Shown here: positions 20,151 to 32,376 of the stretch, one piece after another
Numbering within the stretch: position 1 is the first letter of the stretch
How the letters are laid out: the number at the start of each line of letters is the position of its first letter
Assembly: GCF_001194135.2 (NCBI RefSeq)
Contig: NC_068989.1
Span: forward strand, 43,788,410 to 43,833,386
DNA length: 44,977 nucleotides
DNA from: Octopus bimaculoides
Taxonomy: Eukaryota
Reading direction: 5' to 3'
Translations under genes and position numbers: made by a program
The notes under the pieces: model-generated
What the model was told of the DNA's origin: nothing
Databases searched by the model: none
Seen by the model: only the letters and a program-made list of their open reading frames with translations

Positions 20151-20851
20151 TAGATGTCTAATAAAGGGATTATTGAAATTGTGAAATTACTTCCATTCTC
20201 ACCACCATCACCATTACAAATTTCACCTTTAATATATTTCCTACATTTTTCAGCATGATAAACAAGTTCCCATGAACCTGAAATTACAATGGTCTGAATG
20301 TATATATTCCTCTATAAGAATTAACAGATAGTATTGTTTGTAAATGAATTAATAATTTCAAACCAGTATTATGTAAACCAGGAAACTCATTCCAGCATTA
20401 GTAACAAGTGGGGAAAAACAAATTTTAACCATACACCTACTTTTATTGATAAATTATTACTGACTCCATAACAAAAGCACATTTTTATGGCAGGCCTGTT
20501 ACCCTCTATCACAATTGTCCACAATGTTTAATTTACTATTAAACAAGACTGTCATAACAGTCTTACAGATCCCCAGGCAAGGTAATACATTGTGGCCTGT
20601 ATTACATTTCCCAGCATACAAATCGAATTTTTCTGACCAAAATTTAGAGCCAAAAAGGTTAGGTGAATTCCTACACCAAAACAGCATTGGAGGACTATAA
20701 ACTCTATGTGAAATGCAGCAGGATCTGGAATGATAATGGTGATGTTTGAATGTTTATACTTCAGGTTTACCACGATGGCATATAAAAAAAACTTCAATTC
20801 TTTGTTAGTTTTCTTTATACTTACTTTGTGTTCATATTGATGTCATTCATC

Positions 20852-21240
20852 ATTATCATCACCATTTAACATCTGTTTTCCATGCTGGTATAGTTTGGAT
20901 GGCTTGACAGGAACAAGCAAGGCCAGGGACCACACCAGGTTTCATAGTCTGTTTTGGCTTGGCTTCTACAGCTGGATGCCCTTCCGTTCACCAACCACTT
21001 TACAGAGTGTACTGGGTACTTTTTACGTGGCAACATCATCAGTGCTCTTTACATGGCACCAACACAAGTGCTTTTCAAGCGACACCAACACCTACACTAT
21101 TGCTTTGGTCTTCAGTCATATCTTGGTCCGCTGTCATTTCTTTTGTAAGGGTAAGCATTTTGAGATCAGCCTTCAATACTTTGTCCATTGTCTTCTTGGA
21201 TCTCCTTCTTCCACAACTTTCTTCCTGGTTATTGAGGAGA
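20852..21240 (-). mobile_element. RTE LINE 3' end: ORF2 C-terminal remnant + D-type 3' UTR + (ATG)n tail
   Basis: Minus-strand translation ESCGRRRSKKTMDKVLKADLKMLTLTKEMTADQD (about 21225-21120) parallels 14340-14440; continues into the D module ggctggatgcccttcc and the catcat tail. Confidence 0.8.
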
Positions 21241-21486
21241 ATAGCTATTTGGTAGAATGGTTATTCAGGAGAAAGGGGGTTGACTTATAGGAAGTGTGTA
21301 GACTTAAACATTGATTTTTTTAATGAAATATCTATCTTGTCTTATATATTACATCAGCTTGTATGCTGAAAAATGGCAACTGACACTGGTACTCTGTTCC
21401 ATCTAATCCAATCAATGGAACAGCTTACTTGTGAAATTAATGTGCAGATGGCTGAGCATGCCACAGACATGCATACTCTTAATGTA

Positions 21487-22718
21487 TCAGGCTGAGTAAA
21501 AAGTAAGCAATGTTTTGAAACATGAAATCCATCGCAATATATTTCAACAATGCAGAAATTTTATTCATCAAAGTAAGTGCCATTACTATCAACACACTTT
21601 TTCCAGTGAGTTACAAGTTTGTTTATTCCGGTGACATAAAAATCTGGAGCTCTGGAGCTGATGAACTCTTTGAATGCACTTTCAGCATCGGTTTGATTTT
21701 TGAACTCCTTCTCTTGCAGGAAACCATCAAGGTGCTTGAAAAAGTGGTAGTCGGTAGGAGAAAGGTCTGGGGAATAAATTGAGTGGGGAAGAACTTCATA
21801 GCCAAGTTCCCTCAACTTCTTGAGCATCATTAGTGAAATGTGTGGTCAAGATTGTCAGGAAGAATGATTGGTCCTCTTCTGTTGACCAATCTGGGATGGA
21901 GGAGTAGCAGATTTTCATTCATTTTGGCAATTTCATGGCAATATGTTTCTGCAGTAATGGTTTATCGAGATTTTTAGGAGTTACAGTGAATGAGTCCAGC
22001 AGTACACCACCAAACAGTCACCATAACCTTCTTTTTGAAGAGCTCAGGTTTAGGGAAGGTTTTCGGTGCTTCATTTTGGTCCAACCACTGCGAAGAACGT
22101 TTTTTATTATTGTACAGAATCCACTTTTTATTGCAAGTTACAATACAGTTGAGAAATGGATCAGTCTGGTTATGGAGAAGAAGCGATGAGCAAATTTTGT
22201 ATCTGTGCATTTTATGATTTTCATTCAAATCGTGTGGTACCCATTTGTCGAGCTTTTTGATTTTCTGATCGAAGTTCATTTGCCAGTTCTCAAGTGGTTT
22301 TACAAGGATCTTTCTCAATGACAGTTTTTAATTGACCGTCATTGATGATAGATGGACGTCCACTACACTCACCATCTTCAAGGCTCAGGTCTCCACTGCA
22401 AAATCATTTAAACCCTTTTTGAGCAGACCACTCACTAATGTTTCATTGATATTGCAAGCAATTTCAGCTGCTTTACGTCCTCTTTTGAAGTTGAATAGCA
22501 AAATTGCTGTAATATCACACTTTGATAGTACCATTTCGCATGATTGTAACAAAGGTGAAAAAAATATCAAAGTAAAAATATTGATACATATGGGCAAGTC
22601 TATGTTTGTTTTATCAGACAATTTTTTAAAAAATGTTTTTAAAAAATTCAAAACTCTGCAAAAGTCCAGTACAAAGTCTTCATGGTTCAAAACGTTGCTT
22701 ACTTTTTACTCAACCTAA
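21487..22718 (-). mobile_element. Full-length (1232 bp) decayed mariner, cecropia (Hsmar1-like) subfamily
   Basis: TIR tcaggctgagtaaaaagtaagcaatgttttgaa at 21487 and its reverse complement ending at 22718; TA TSDs at 21485-21486 and 22719-22720. Confidence 0.95.
21561..22545 (-). pseudogene. Mariner transposase pseudogene
   Basis: Motifs FNFKRGRKAAE, KKLDKWVPHDL, FLNCIVTCNKKWILY, KKVMVTVWW and YSPDLSPTDYHFFKHLD; first catalytic Asp replaced by Asn; frameshifts. Confidence 0.93.
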
Positions 22719-23954
22719 TAGTTCTTGAAGAGATTCAGCATGGCACAGAATGTGAGAAGGCTGACCCTTTGAATTACAAGTATAACTCATTTTTTCAGCT
22801 GAATAAACTGGAGAAATGTGATATAAAGCGTGTTGCTGAATGACACAACACACTGCCAGGAATAGAACTCACAACCTTATGATTGTGAGACGAATACCCT
22901 AACCACTACATCCATAGGTAAGTATTGGCCCCTAGACCCCTTGGGCCTCTTGGTAACTACACACTGTGCTCATATCTTAAGAAGGCACTACCATTAAGCT
23001 GTGTTCTCCGTTGCTTTCCCAATCACTTCACTGTCTCTACTTCAAATTTACTTATTCTTAGCCACCTACACTTAACATATTTTTCACATGTGACTAATAT
23101 CCATATGTTTCCCACATTCTAAAAATCCAGTATAGTCATTTATCCCATCTTTCTTTAAGATAAGTGCATTAGTCTAGAACTTCCACTTGTATGAAATGTT
23201 TTGAAATAACACTGTTTGTTTATACATATTGTAAGGTTTCACATATGTGAGACCCACCCATCCTTTTTTGGTACCTACTCATATCCCAATTGCTAACCTC
23301 CCTGTCACTCATTCCTTATCTGTCGCTCTCCCTACCATTCCTATCTTTTTGTGTCATTTCCCCTCATTAACTCTCTCACCACTCTCTTCTTTTTTTTGTT
23401 GTATTATTCCGTTGGAATAAGTAAAGAAGGCAGTCCCCAATACATTCTACTAACACCTTTTCTCTTCCTATGATTTACCATTTCTCCATCCATCTTCCCT
23501 TCTATTTGTTGTTTTATTCAACCTATGAAACTTAGGAAAGTTGCATGTGATACACCCTAACACCACTCTTTTTGTACTGCCAGTCATCACTCCCTCTCTC
23601 CTGAACCACAGGTGACGAGTATCCATCATTCACCTTTAACATTGTTCCCCCTCCACCTCCATTTCAATCCTCCTTTCTTACCCCAATCACTTCTCTCACA
23701 CCCCAATCACTCTGCTTCTACTCTTATACTCTTCTAGTTTTCAGTTCTGTTTCCAATTTCCTGATTCTTCCACTCTTATCACTTCTTCTTCTGTTCACAT
23801 TTTCAGATCTGTTGCTTGACTGAACAAACACATAACTGAGGAGTTAAGATTCAGTAACCTTACTGAGTACAACAAGGTAACTTCTCTAATGCCAGTACCA
23901 CAATAAAATACCTCTTGTACTTTTTCTAAAGTGATTGGAAAACAAGCAGATATG

Positions 23955-24142
23955 GGTGCAGGAGTGGCTGTGTGGTAAGTAGCTTACTTACCAACCACAT
24001 GGTTCTGGATTCATTCCCACTGTGTGGCACCTTGGGCAAGTGTCTTCTATTATAGCCTCGGGCCGACCAATGCCATGTGAGTGGATTTGGTAGACGGAAA
24101 CTGAAGGAAGTCTGTCGTATATATGTATATATATATATATAT
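23955..24142 (+). mobile_element. SINE family A, left module running into (TA)n and an N gap
   Basis: ggagtggctgtgtggtaagtagcttac...ggaaactgaaggaagtc. Confidence 0.88.
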
Positions 24143-24713
24143 NNNNNNNNNNNNNNNNNNNNNNNNNNNNNNNNNNNNNNNNNNNNNNNNNNNNNNNNNN
24201 NNNNNNNNNNNNNNNNNNNNNNNNNNNNNNNNNNNNNNNNNNNNNNNNNNNNNNNNNNNNNNNNNNNNNNNNNNNNNNNNNNNNNNNNNNNNNNNNNNNN
24301 NNNNNNNNNNNNNNNNNNNNNNNNNNNNNNNNNNNNNNNNNNNNNNNNNNNNNNNNNNNNNNNNNNNNNNNNNNNNNNNNNNNNNNNNNNNNNNNNNNNN
24401 NNNNNNNNNNNNNNNNNNNNNNNNNNNNNNNNNNNNNNNNNNNNNNNNNNNNNNNNNNNNNNNNNNNNNNNNNNNNNNNNNNNNNNNNNNNNNNNNNNNN
24501 NNNNNNNNNNNNNNNNNNNNNNNNNNNNNNNNNNNGTGTTGTAGTGTGCCCCTATTTTCAAGGTTAGACCACTTTATTTTAATAGAACAATGAATGTAAA
24601 ACTAATTAAATAAAAATATAATATAACTAATTAGTTTTCACTAATCGTAATTAGTGAATCTTATTAAGGCAGCTATATATATTGTGCAAGTGATAGTTAA
24701 GAAACTTTATTAA

Positions 24714-24935
24714 CCCTTTCGTTACTGTATTTATTTTGAGATGCTCTGTGTTTCTTTCAATTAATTTTAAATATAAGAAAGAATTTAGTAAAATAACTTA
24801 GTTATCATTAAGCTAGTGTCAGGAACATAAATTGTGACTAAGATTTAGTGGAAAATTTTAATTCAAAACTTATGAAAACAAGACACTTGTACTACCAAGC
24901 AAGAGCCTGTTTCAGCCGGGTTCGTAACGAAAAGG
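24714..24935. mobile_element. piggyBac-type MITE (222 bp)
   Basis: TTAA at 24710-24713 and 24936-24939; TIR ccctttcgttac / gtaacgaaaagg (1 mismatch). Confidence 0.85.
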
Positions 24936-25014
24936 TTAAGAGTGTAAAGCAGTGGTAATCATATGTAAACTGCTGAACCTGCTACTGTACAGTTAGTAAA
25001 TAGCAGGGTTCAAG

Positions 25015-25368
25015 AAGATATGACATAATAGATCTGGATGATGTGGCATAACAGGTTTGGCTGATAACAATTAACTGATCTGGCAGATGTGACATAGCAG
25101 ATCTTGCAGATATGGCATCAACACTTGCAGTATATGTGACACAACAGATTCAGCAGATATGACATAACAATCTTAGCAGAAGTGATATAACTGGTCTACT
25201 ATATATATGACTTAATAGTTCTAGCAGTTATGATACATATGTAGCAGATATGACATAATATATCTAGTATATATTATCTATAATATATGACATAATATAT
25301 CTAATATATGACTAACCAATCCAAGAGATATGACATAACAGATCAAGTAGATGTGACATAATAGATTT
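25015..25368. repeat. Minisatellite of about 23 bp (gcagatatgacataacagatcta-like)
   Basis: gcagat units at 25083 and 25106; about 15 degenerate copies. Confidence 0.8.
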
Positions 25369-25807
25369 AATACTCTTGAATCTAGGCCTTGCTCTTATAC
25401 TAAATTTACACATACACACACACATACAGGCTCATGCACAAATATTCTCTCTTCTTCACACATAAACAAACACTCATTCTTGCCCCCTTCTCTCCCCCCC
25501 ATCCCTTTTGCCCTCGCTTATTCCATGGTTCTATTTGTCTCTAAGATTTTGATAATATTTGAAACTTGGAACATTGGGGCATCATTTAAGAGTAATTCAA
25601 TGAAAGGCAAAGTATTTATTGAATTTTGTATGACTAATACTCTTTNNNNNNNNNNNNNNNNNNNNNNNNNNNNNNNNNNNNNNNNNNNNNNNNNNNNNNN
25701 NNNNNNNNNNNNNNNNNNNNNNNNNNNNNNNNNNNNNNNNNNNNNNNNNNNNNNNNNNNNNNNNNNNNNNNNNNNNNNNNNNNNNNNNNNNNNNNNNNNN
25801 NNNNNNN

Positions 25808-26125
25808 AAGCCTAGTACTTATTCTATTGATCTCTTTTGCCAAACCGCTAAGTTACGGGGATGTAAACACACCAGTATCGGTTGTCAAGCGATGTTGGGG
25901 GGGACAAACACAGACACACAAACACATATATACACATACACATATATATATATATATACATATATACGACGGGCTTCTTTTAGTTTCCGTCTACCAAATC
26001 CACTCTCAAGGCTTTGGTCGGCCCGAGGCTATAGTAGAAGACACTTGCCCAAGGTGCCCCACAGTGGGGACTGAACCTGGAACCATGTGGTTCGTAAGCA
26101 AGCTACTTACCACACAGCCACTCCT
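25808..26125 (-). mobile_element. SINE family A, 3' end in an N gap
   Basis: Reverse complement of the A head, internal microsatellite and right module. Confidence 0.88.
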
Positions 26126-26429
26126 CCTGTTCAATTATTAATATTTTATATTTTATTTTCATCTCTATTTATTCAGTTATCATCCCCCAACTGTATCTTG
26201 TTAGAGAAAATGTGTGCATTTTGATTGGCATAAGTAATCAAAGTGTTATCAGAACTAATTCAATATGTCGCAGTTTTAGCCATGGACTCTAATCATAGTC
26301 ACATAATTATTTATTTAATGCAGTTGATTACCAAAGTCATTAGAGTGTCAGAGTAATATTTCTCCATGGTAATCATTTCTGCTCTCTGCACCCAGAGTTC
26401 AAATCTAACTGGGGTCAACTTTGCCTTAA

Positions 26430-27150
26430 TGGTTAGGGCATTTTTCTCACAGTCGTAAGCTTGTGAGTTTCAATTTCTGGCAATGCATTGTGTTCTTGAA
26501 CAAGACACTTTATTTCACATTGCTCCAGTCCACTCAGCTGCCAAAAATGAGTCGTACCTGTAATTCAAAGAGCTGGGCTTCGTCACATTCTCTGTCATGC
26601 TGCATCTACCAGAGAACTACATTAAGGATACATACACGTGTCTGTGGAGTGTTCAGCTACTTATTCTTCTATTTGTTTCAGTCATTTGACTGTGGCCATG
26701 CTGGAGCACCACCTTAAAAGGTTTTTTAGTTGAAGAAATTGGCCCCAAGATTTATTCTTTGTAAGTCTAGTACTTATTCAATCAATTTCTTTTGCTGAAC
26801 TGCTAAGTTATGGGTACATAAACATATTAATATCAGTTGTCAAGTGATGGTGGGTGGGGGCAAACATAGATACAAAGACATACACATAAACATATACATA
26901 TATAATGGGCTTCTTTCAGTTTCCGTCTACCAAATTCACTCACAAGGTTTTGGTCAGCCTGAGGCTATAGTAGAAGACACTAGCCCAAAGTATCATGCAG
27001 TGGGACTGAACCTGGAACCATGTGGTTGAGAAGCAAGCTTCTTAACACACAGCCATGCCTGTGCCTACCTGCATATTAATTTTATGAGCCAGCTATTCCA
27101 TTGATCAGATCAACTGGAACCCCTCACCATCCTAACCAATGAAGTGCCAG
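26430..27150 (+). mobile_element. SINE family B (variant i) interrupted by a SINE A
   Basis: ...ggagtgttcagctactt (to about 26657) resumes as acctgcatattaatttt...actggaaccc (from about 27067). Confidence 0.8.
26658..27066 (-). mobile_element. SINE family A, full-length, nested in SINE B
   Basis: Complete head-to-tail reverse complement. Confidence 0.88.
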
Positions 27151-27584
27151 ATAAATAAATATATTACTAGTTCTGTACTGACATCAATTCTTCCATTTAT
27201 CTCTTTCTTCCTTCCTTGTTTCCAGTCTTTCTCTTCCTTGAAGAAATCATCTGTAGTTAGGTCTGGAGCAAGATGGGCTCTGCCAGGTGCACAATATGTC
27301 TAGACACACCTTTATTAATGTCATTACTCCTATGACATCATTAACCTGTTTGATACTAACTCACCTTGGTTATATGATATAAACTTTTCATTTTTTCATT
27401 TTTTAAAACATCTTTTCAATGGTGTGTACTCACAGCCAACCACAAGCTCAGACGACAATTCATTGTCTCTGATGTAGGAAATATTGAACAAAGCATTCAC
27501 TGATGTTGAAAATAGCTGCCCAGCTGATTAAAGATCTGGTATAAGCAATTAGGGTAGTATCACATTTAATGTATACATTCACAA

Positions 27585-27802
27585 GGATAAGTGAGCTGAC
27601 TGAATTGTTAGCATGCCGAGCAAAATGCTTAGAGGCATTTTGTCTGTCTGCATGTCCTGAGTTCAAATTCTGCCATGGTCGACTTTACCTTTCATCCTTT
27701 TGGGCATCGATAGAATAAGTACCAGTTAACCACTGGGGTCAATGTAATTGCTTTAATCCCTTCCCCCAAAATTGCTGGCCTTGTGCCAACATTTGAAATC
27801 AA
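27585..27802 (+). mobile_element. SINE family C, full-length
   Basis: gagctgactgaattgttagcatgccgag head; ctgagttcaaattc; ggtcgactttacctttcatccttttggg core; tail gccttgtgccaacatttgaaatcaat. Confidence 0.87.
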
Positions 27803-27819
27803 TGTATACATACACAACT

Positions 27820-28140
27820 GCAAGCTTGGCTGTATGGTAAGAAGCTTTCTTCCCAACTACTTAGTCCCACTGCATGACACCTTGGTCAAGTGTCTTCTAT
27901 AGTCTTGGGCTGACCAAAGCCTTGTGAGTGGATTTAGTAGAGAGAAACTGAAAGAAGCCTTTCGTGTGTATGTGTGTGTGCGTGTGTGTGCATGCACATG
28001 CGTGTGTGTCTGTGTCTGTGTCTGTATTTGTCTTCTACCACCACTTGACAACTGATGTTTGTGTTTACATCCCTGTAACTTAGCTGTTTGGCAAAAGAGA
28101 CTGATAGAATAAATACTAGGCTTAAAACCTAAGTCCTGGG
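27820..28140 (+). mobile_element. SINE family A, 3'-truncated
   Basis: Head, body and right module up to aagtcctggg. Confidence 0.85.
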
Positions 28141-28524
28141 TTCAGTTTATTAGACTGTGGCCATGCTGGGGCACTGTCTTGAAGAATTTTTTAGGAGAAT
28201 CACTCAACACCAATAATCATTTTTTTCTTTAAACCTGGTACTTATTCTATTGGTCTCTTTGCTGAACTGCTAAGTTGTAGGGATGTAAACACACCAACAC
28301 CAGTTGTTAAGCTCGTGGTGGGGGACAAACACAGACACAAAAACACACACATGCATGCATGCACATATATATATATGATAAGCTTATTTCAGTTTCTTCC
28401 TATTAAATCCACTCACAAGGCTTTGGTTGGCCCTAAGCTAATGTAGAAGACACTTGCCCAAGATGCCACACTGTGGGAATGAACCTGGAACCATGTGGTT
28501 GGGAAGCAAACTTCTTACCACAAC
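28141..28524 (-). mobile_element. SINE family A, directly abutting the previous copy in inverted orientation
   Basis: ttcagtttattagactgtggccatgctggg...aaacttcttaccac. Confidence 0.85.
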
Positions 28525-29779
28525 CATGTTTGTGTCTATGTCTTTGTTCTATAAGACAGTAAGAAATGGTTGTTTAAGGGTGATTTGCTGTTGGAAAGTT
28601 GTACTTCTTTGGCTGGGATTAGAAAAGTACTTTAATGTAGGGTATATTTGTGCCCTTTATAGGAAGAGAACACATATCAGGAAAGGTATTTTTCTGGCAC
28701 TGTAAAGGAAGCTAAGAACTGAAAGTTTTGGCTACATTAAAAAATGGGCAGTCGTTATCAAAAGACATGGAGAGATGTTAAGGTCAAGAATTTATAAAGT
28801 GTTTGGTGATTTTAGCAGTATTGTTCATCAGATGTGAAAATGTGAATTGTGGTTATATTTTCATAAAATATATAATCTTTGTATTGTAACAGTGTTGAAT
28901 GAAATTAGGTTGTGAATAACATGTGAGTGATGATTGAGTTATTGTATTGATAGAGTAAAAGTTCAAGGTAAAATTCATGAAAACACTAATGGATAAAAAA
29001 GAAGCTTCCGATGTAGCAATCAAGCTGATTAGTGGTGAATGGTCCCTGAAGACAGGTTGCTCTGTCATATTTCCAAAAGGCCTATTTTATAAAGAAAAAA
29101 AAAACCATGGGGCAATACATAACATTTGCTTTTGTGACGGGTCTTGAAAACAAGAGACCATTGTTGCAGGATGTAAATGAAATGATCTGGAGTAGGTTTG
29201 GCTTTAAGAGAAGTGATACTAGTGGTCGCAAAAAACAAGTTAAGAGATATCTTTTAGTTTTTTTTAACCATTTGGAGATGGAGCCTCATTTGGAGTTTCA
29301 GTGCCAAGAAGATGGAGCCCTTTTCACCAGCCCTACAGAGGGCACGGACTTATTTTTCAAAACCAATATAATAAAATAAAGTAATTACTTTACATATATA
29401 AAACTATATATATTCAGGTAAGAAATTGAATGAACTAATACAATCATCTTTGTCATTTGGCTTTTTGGCTGATAGATCAGCCCTGTCATCTCCTAAGGGT
29501 TAAACAAAGTAAATGAATTCATGAAATTTTAGATGCTTTACATATTTGTACTGAAAACAGAAGTAAACTTAATTTAGATCACTTTAAAACTGAAAGTTTG
29601 TAATATAAAACCAGGGGTGGCCTCAAGTGAGTTGATATCAAAAGGGTTAGACCATGTATTCATTGCTCATCAGGCAATTGTGCTACAATTAAGTACAACT
29701 TCTCATCACTTGTTAGCATCTATGGCTTAGTAATGTGCCATGCTTTTGCTAATTGTTTTAGATGCCTACAAAGTTACAA

Positions 29780-30025
29780 ACTGACATAGGCACCCTCTTG
29801 TAACCTCTCACCCTTGTTCTTGCAGAGCATCCAGGGAGTGACTGCTGAAAGGAGAGAAGACTGCATCAGCACTAGGCTGGTGCCCATTTACAGTTAAGTA
29901 GACTGAGACAGTACGAAATGAAATGCCTTGCTCAAAGATATAATGCATTGCCGAGTATAAGAATTGATCTCACAAACTTAAGATCATGAGCTGGACACCA
30001 TGACTACTAGGCATGCACCTTCAAG
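29780..30025 (-). mobile_element. Degenerate SINE family B
   Basis: cccatttacagttaagtagactgag...gaaatgaaatgccttgctcaaag core on the minus strand. Confidence 0.65.
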
Positions 30026-30147
30026 TCTCATAATTACACGACAGAGTATGGTTGGTTGACATTCAATCACATTAGTGGACCTGCATCTCTTTTCTGTTTC
30101 AAATTCGTGTTTATAATGTTTGATACCTTTATATTGAGACTATCAAG

Positions 30148-30318
30148 GCAGGCATAGCTGGGTGGTTAAGAAGTCTACTTCTCAACAATGTTGTTTTGAG
30201 TTCAGTTTCATTATGAAGTACCTTGAACAAATGTCATCTACTATACTATTATAACCCCAGGCTCAATCAGAGCCTTGTGAATGAATTTGGTGGATGGAAA
30301 CTGAAAAAGGAGTTCATT

Positions 30319-30320
<2 letters not shown>
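30148..30320 (+). mobile_element. Degenerate SINE family A, left module
   Basis: catagctgggtggttaagaag...gccttgtgaatgaatttggtggatggaaactgaaa. Confidence 0.75.
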
Positions 30321-30354
<34 letters not shown>

Positions 30355-30877
30355 AAAGAAGATTCAGGTAAAAACCTTGTAGTATACTATGTAAAGCTTG
30401 TCCACAGTTATTGGCTTCCTGATGTCATCATACAGTGGAAATTCTTGCTGCTAGGTGTACATCAGAAATACTATACTACCAGTAGAGTTTATACAAATAG
30501 ATATATGATAGGAATTGGAATGGACAACATTTTATATTGTTTTGACACATTGTTATTCTCATAGAACATTGGTAAGAAGTTATGTAATAATTATCAACCA
30601 TCCATGGTGTAAAATGCACCTCCTCAGGTGGTTGTTTAAATAAGTCCTTCATTAGATCCTACTGTCATTTCACTCGGTGTAAGACTATTTTCACACTGAA
30701 ATGTCTATGTTGGATGAATATCTGCTGCAAATGAGTCAACGTAAATGCTACGTTAAAGGACACAGAGGATACTCATCCAGCAGAACACGTCGGATTGGAA
30801 TTTAATGAGACTAATACTGTAATGAATAATTTTTAAAGATGTGTACTTCTCCATTCTTCTTTCTGATATATATATAT

Positions 30878-31258
30878 ACAGGCTTGCTGGTCACTTTTTT
30901 TCTGTCTTCTAAAGGGTTTTTAACAAATTTTCTAACTCGTCTTCACAGCCATTCTACATTCAAGAATTCCTTTATTTTCTGTAGAATACTGACTCATTTG
31001 GTGCTTCTAAGTTTGATTACAAAATGTTCTCACATTCCAAAAGTTATTATTTAGCATTATAAAATATGGTATTTGTTGTCAGGAGTCTCTTAATCTAATA
31101 ATACAGAGCACTCAGCCAGAATTTGAGTGGTGCAAGGTTCGTTTCTCTGTAGAGGCTTGCTGGCCACTTTTTTTCCATCTTCTAAAGGGTATTTACCTGG
31201 TTTTCTAAGCCGTCTTCACAGCCATCCTGCATTTGAGAATTCCTTTATTTTCTGTAGA

Positions 31259-31262
<4 letters not shown>
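30878..31262 (+). mobile_element. Tandem pair of SINE family F bodies (30878-30990 headless; about 31090-31262 with a tRNA-like head)
   Basis: Direct repeat of about 110 bp at about 272-bp spacing; agagcactcagccag...ggttcg and gctggccacttttttccatctt match 41060-41178 on the minus strand. Confidence 0.7.
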
Positions 31263-31296
<34 letters not shown>

Positions 31297-32314
31297 ACTC
31301 TGTGTGTTTGTTTAGATTTATGTTCATTTCTATGAAAGTCATGATCCATGTTCATTTTGTTGTCGCTTCTTCTGTCAACAAATTATCCACTCAGCTTGCT
31401 TTGCGGCTTCGAAGTTATGTGGAATAAAAGATTCCCTGCTTGAAAAATTGATAAAGACTAAGGCCCAAGAAGTACATAAATCTGTAAAACAAACTTTCTT
31501 AATAAAATATTCATCTAACTCATGCTAGCATGGAAAAACAGGAAATAAAAAATGAACAAACTAAATTATTTTATCAACTCTGCAGAGACAAAGGTAAAAT
31601 TAACTGTGACAAGATTTAATCTCAGAACAATGATATTCTGTGTAAAACTAGATTATCTGAGCAGCTAGTTTGAGAGTGTAATACCTCAGATATTCCCATC
31701 ATCTCCATTTCAGAAAGCCGATTCAATTTCTTTAGCTGTCTGTCAAGGTATCTTTCATGCCACTCTGACTGTGATATCTCAGTTATTTTATATATCTAGT
31801 TCATAAACTGTTGCTGAAGGGATGGTAAATCTAAGAATATTGTAATTAAGAACAGTAATTAGTGGAATTTTATGGTGCACTAGAAAGTCTTACTCAGAGA
31901 AAATTGAAAAAGAATCAAATCAGAACCAGTTGGTAATAAACTTTATTACTAACAGGAAATATTACCTCTTTTATATCTCAACATCTTCTAAATCTTTCCA
32001 AAATATCACTAAGCATTATAATTCATCATAAAACCTCAGCTGAAATCATGTTTGCTGTTGTTTAGCCCCAGGTTGGTACTAACTGAGTAGGTCTGTGATT
32101 GAAGCAATTTCAGCACTGTATATCTAAGAATTCACAATCTAATGTGACCTCATTTTCAAGATGGTAAAAGGTGAGAGCAATTTGTGAGAAAGGTTTGGTG
32201 TTAATACTAACATGCCAAGCAAACACATCAAGGATCTGGCTTTATTGCTATTGCTGTTGTTGTGGTTATTGTTAATGTTGTGACTGCTATTATCATTGCA
32301 GTGGTTGTTGTAAT

Positions 32315-32376
32315 ATCATCATCATCATCAGCAGCAGCATCGTTTAACGTCCGCTTTCCATGCTAGCATGGGTTGT
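32315..32376 (-). mobile_element. Very short D-type 3' end
   Basis: catcatcatc...atcgtttaacgtccgctttccatgctagcatgggttg. Confidence 0.75.

Larger units (their letters stand above)
21375..22915 (-). mobile_element. SINE family B (variant i) split by a mariner insertion
   Basis: ...ctcttaatgTA (to 21486) and TAgttcttgaagagattcagc... (from 22719) join into the variant-i sequence seen at 26430-27150. Confidence 0.8.

Noticed and set aside
20590-20680. Possible pogo/Tc2-like MITE end
   Set aside because: Only a weak resemblance on one side; no partner TIR or TSD found.
23807-23876. Apparent exon (ttttcag acceptor, AAG-gtaact donor)
   Set aside because: Stop codons in all three frames; a non-coding exon cannot be supported without RNA data.
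29107-29379. 90-aa ORF in non-repetitive sequence
   Set aside because: No recognisable motif or splice context; length is within chance expectation.
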